Origin: Eubacteriales bacterium | GTDB lineage: Bacteria > Bacillota > Clostridia > Oscillospirales > CAG-272 | DNA: 64,000 nt | Assembly: GCA_045633405.1 (NCBI GenBank) | Contig: JAZQYD010000058.1 | Location: 11,086 to 75,085 of the forward strand | Direction of reading: 5' to 3' | Shown: piece after piece, positions 63,075 to 64,000 of the stretch | Position numbering within the stretch: the first letter of the stretch is position 1 | Layout of the letters: every line of letters starts with the position of its first letter | The notes under the pieces: generated by a model | Seen by the model: only the letters and a program-made list of their open reading frames with translations | Told to the model about the DNA's origin: nothing | The model's database searches: none | Program-made: the position numbers and the translations under genes

Positions 63075-64000
63075 TTAATTATTCACGACGCTATAATAAA
63101 CGTTAGCGTACTTGGTGTAGGTGTAGAACGCACTGACAAGTGCCTTAGCAAGATCGGTAGCACCGTCATTGTTCATCGTGTTGTAGGTGTATTTTGCGAG
63201 GCTGTACGTACCGGTAGCACCGCCAACTGTAACCTCGATTACAGTATTGTACATCTCGTATGCCGCAAGCTCAAGATCGATATAGGTAAGCTCGCCTACC
63301 TTACCGCTAACTACCTCGTAGGTAGTGCCGCCGAGAGAGACGGTACCCGAGAAGGCTTCATTGAGATTGAAGCGGATTCTGTTGGTAGCTCCGAGGTCGA
63401 GTGCCGCACCCTTAAATGCAGACTCAACAGCCGACATGGAGGTGTCGTCATCCTCTGCAGTTGCATTCTCCTTAAGATTAGCGAGGTAGGTAACGCTCTG
63501 TCTGAGGGCGTCAAGCTCTATATTTGTCTTAGCGGAGTACTGATAGGATGCTGCGATATACTCGGTAGCAGCTACAAGCATTTCCTTAACGTAGAAGCTG
63601 ATATCGGAGGAAAGGACTGTCTTAACATAATCGAGAACCGAGTAGCCCGAAGCAAGAGTGTTCACAAGCTCGCCCTCAGTGTATACGATCACGATGTCGA
63701 TAACCTCTGCCGCATTCGAGGGAAGAATGTCCTCAACGGTAACGAGAAGGTACTCTACGCCGTCGTAAACTACGGTATTGGTAAGCTCGGATACGTTGTA
63801 GGTAACGCCGCCGATGGTGATTGAAGTGATGGTGGTATCCTTGGGAATGAAGAACTGGATACCGAATACGCTCTCAAGAGTGATGTTAGCCTTAATTACG
63901 GCACCGAGAGTCTTGATTGCGATGGGAAGATCTGCACCCTCAACCATCATAAGCTTCTGGCCTCTCGGAATTACAAGAGAGCCTGCTGCGGTAGGAACGG
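63075..64000 (-). CDS. Paralogue of the 1020-aa secreted protein, C-terminal 308 codons (N-terminus beyond window end)
   Basis: The frame stays open upstream of the track Met to position 64000 (..VPTAAGSLVIPRGQKLMMVEGADL..). The C-terminal region aligns with 59992-63054: FKGAALDLGATNRIRFNL..GTTYEVVSGKVGELTYIDLEL against FRGAQLYLSSDLALRLNI..GTSYSVVDGKVGECTYIEISL. Confidence 0.7.
   Translation of the reverse strand, partial: VPTAAGSLVIPRGQKLMMVEGADLPIAIKTLGAVIKANITLESVFGIQFFIPKDTTITSITIGGVTYNVSELTNTVVYDGVEYLLVTVEDILPSNAAEVIDIVIVYTEGELVNTLASGYSVLDYVKTVLSSDISFYVKEMLVAATEYIAASYQYSAKTNIELDALRQSVTYLANLKENATAEDDDTSMSAVESAFKGAALDLGATNRIRFNLNEAFSGTVSLGGTTYEVVSGKVGELTYIDLELAAYEMYNTVIEVTVGGATGTYSLAKYTYNTMNNDGATDLAKALVSAFYTYTKYANVYYSVVNN

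Overview
This 64-kb window looks like chromosome from a Clostridia-type Firmicute, probably a gut or rumen anaerobe. That placement is inferred only from gene content, Shine-Dalgarno and sigma-A-like signals and operon style.

Layout:
- 1-18.2 kb: housekeeping genes, all on the minus strand. They are nrdR (partial), a PAP2 phosphatase, hemolysin-III, an RpiB-like isomerase, archaeal-type aspS, an 8-gene purine operon (purE-F-M-N, IMP cyclohydrolase, AICARFT, purD, purL) behind a ZTP riboswitch, a clan GH-A-like protein and a YitT membrane protein.
- 18.3-18.75 kb: a strong promoter, a ~230-nt structured non-coding leader and tRNA-Arg(CCT).
- 19-64 kb: accessory-looking content.
  - A 1586-aa beta-helix / collagen-like surface protein, followed by a triplicated MORN-repeat protein.
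  - A duplicated ABC (ATPase + permease) x2 module with an OmpR/HK two-component system and two coupled membrane proteins.
  - A block of cytoplasmic glycan enzymes: GH42-like, SASA esterase, Gfo/Idh/MocA, two GH36 and an AraC regulator.
  - An ABC exporter with a DUF1854 partner.
  - A GH20-like gene preceded by six tandem paralogues of a ~615-aa heparinase II/III-like protein.
  - Two paralogous secreted proteins.

I saw no rRNA, CRISPR array, transposase, integrase or recognisable defence gene.

Best candidates for something undescribed:
1. The six-paralogue array of leaderless heparinase-like proteins, which has its own internal promoters, an attenuator-like hairpin and a gene-conversion tract.
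2. An operon-encoded PurF that lacks its catalytic Cys.
3. The ABC exporter / DUF1854 pair sitting outside any cyanophycin context.
4. The structured RNA upstream of tRNA-Arg.

All family assignments come from reading motifs by eye. No database search was run.
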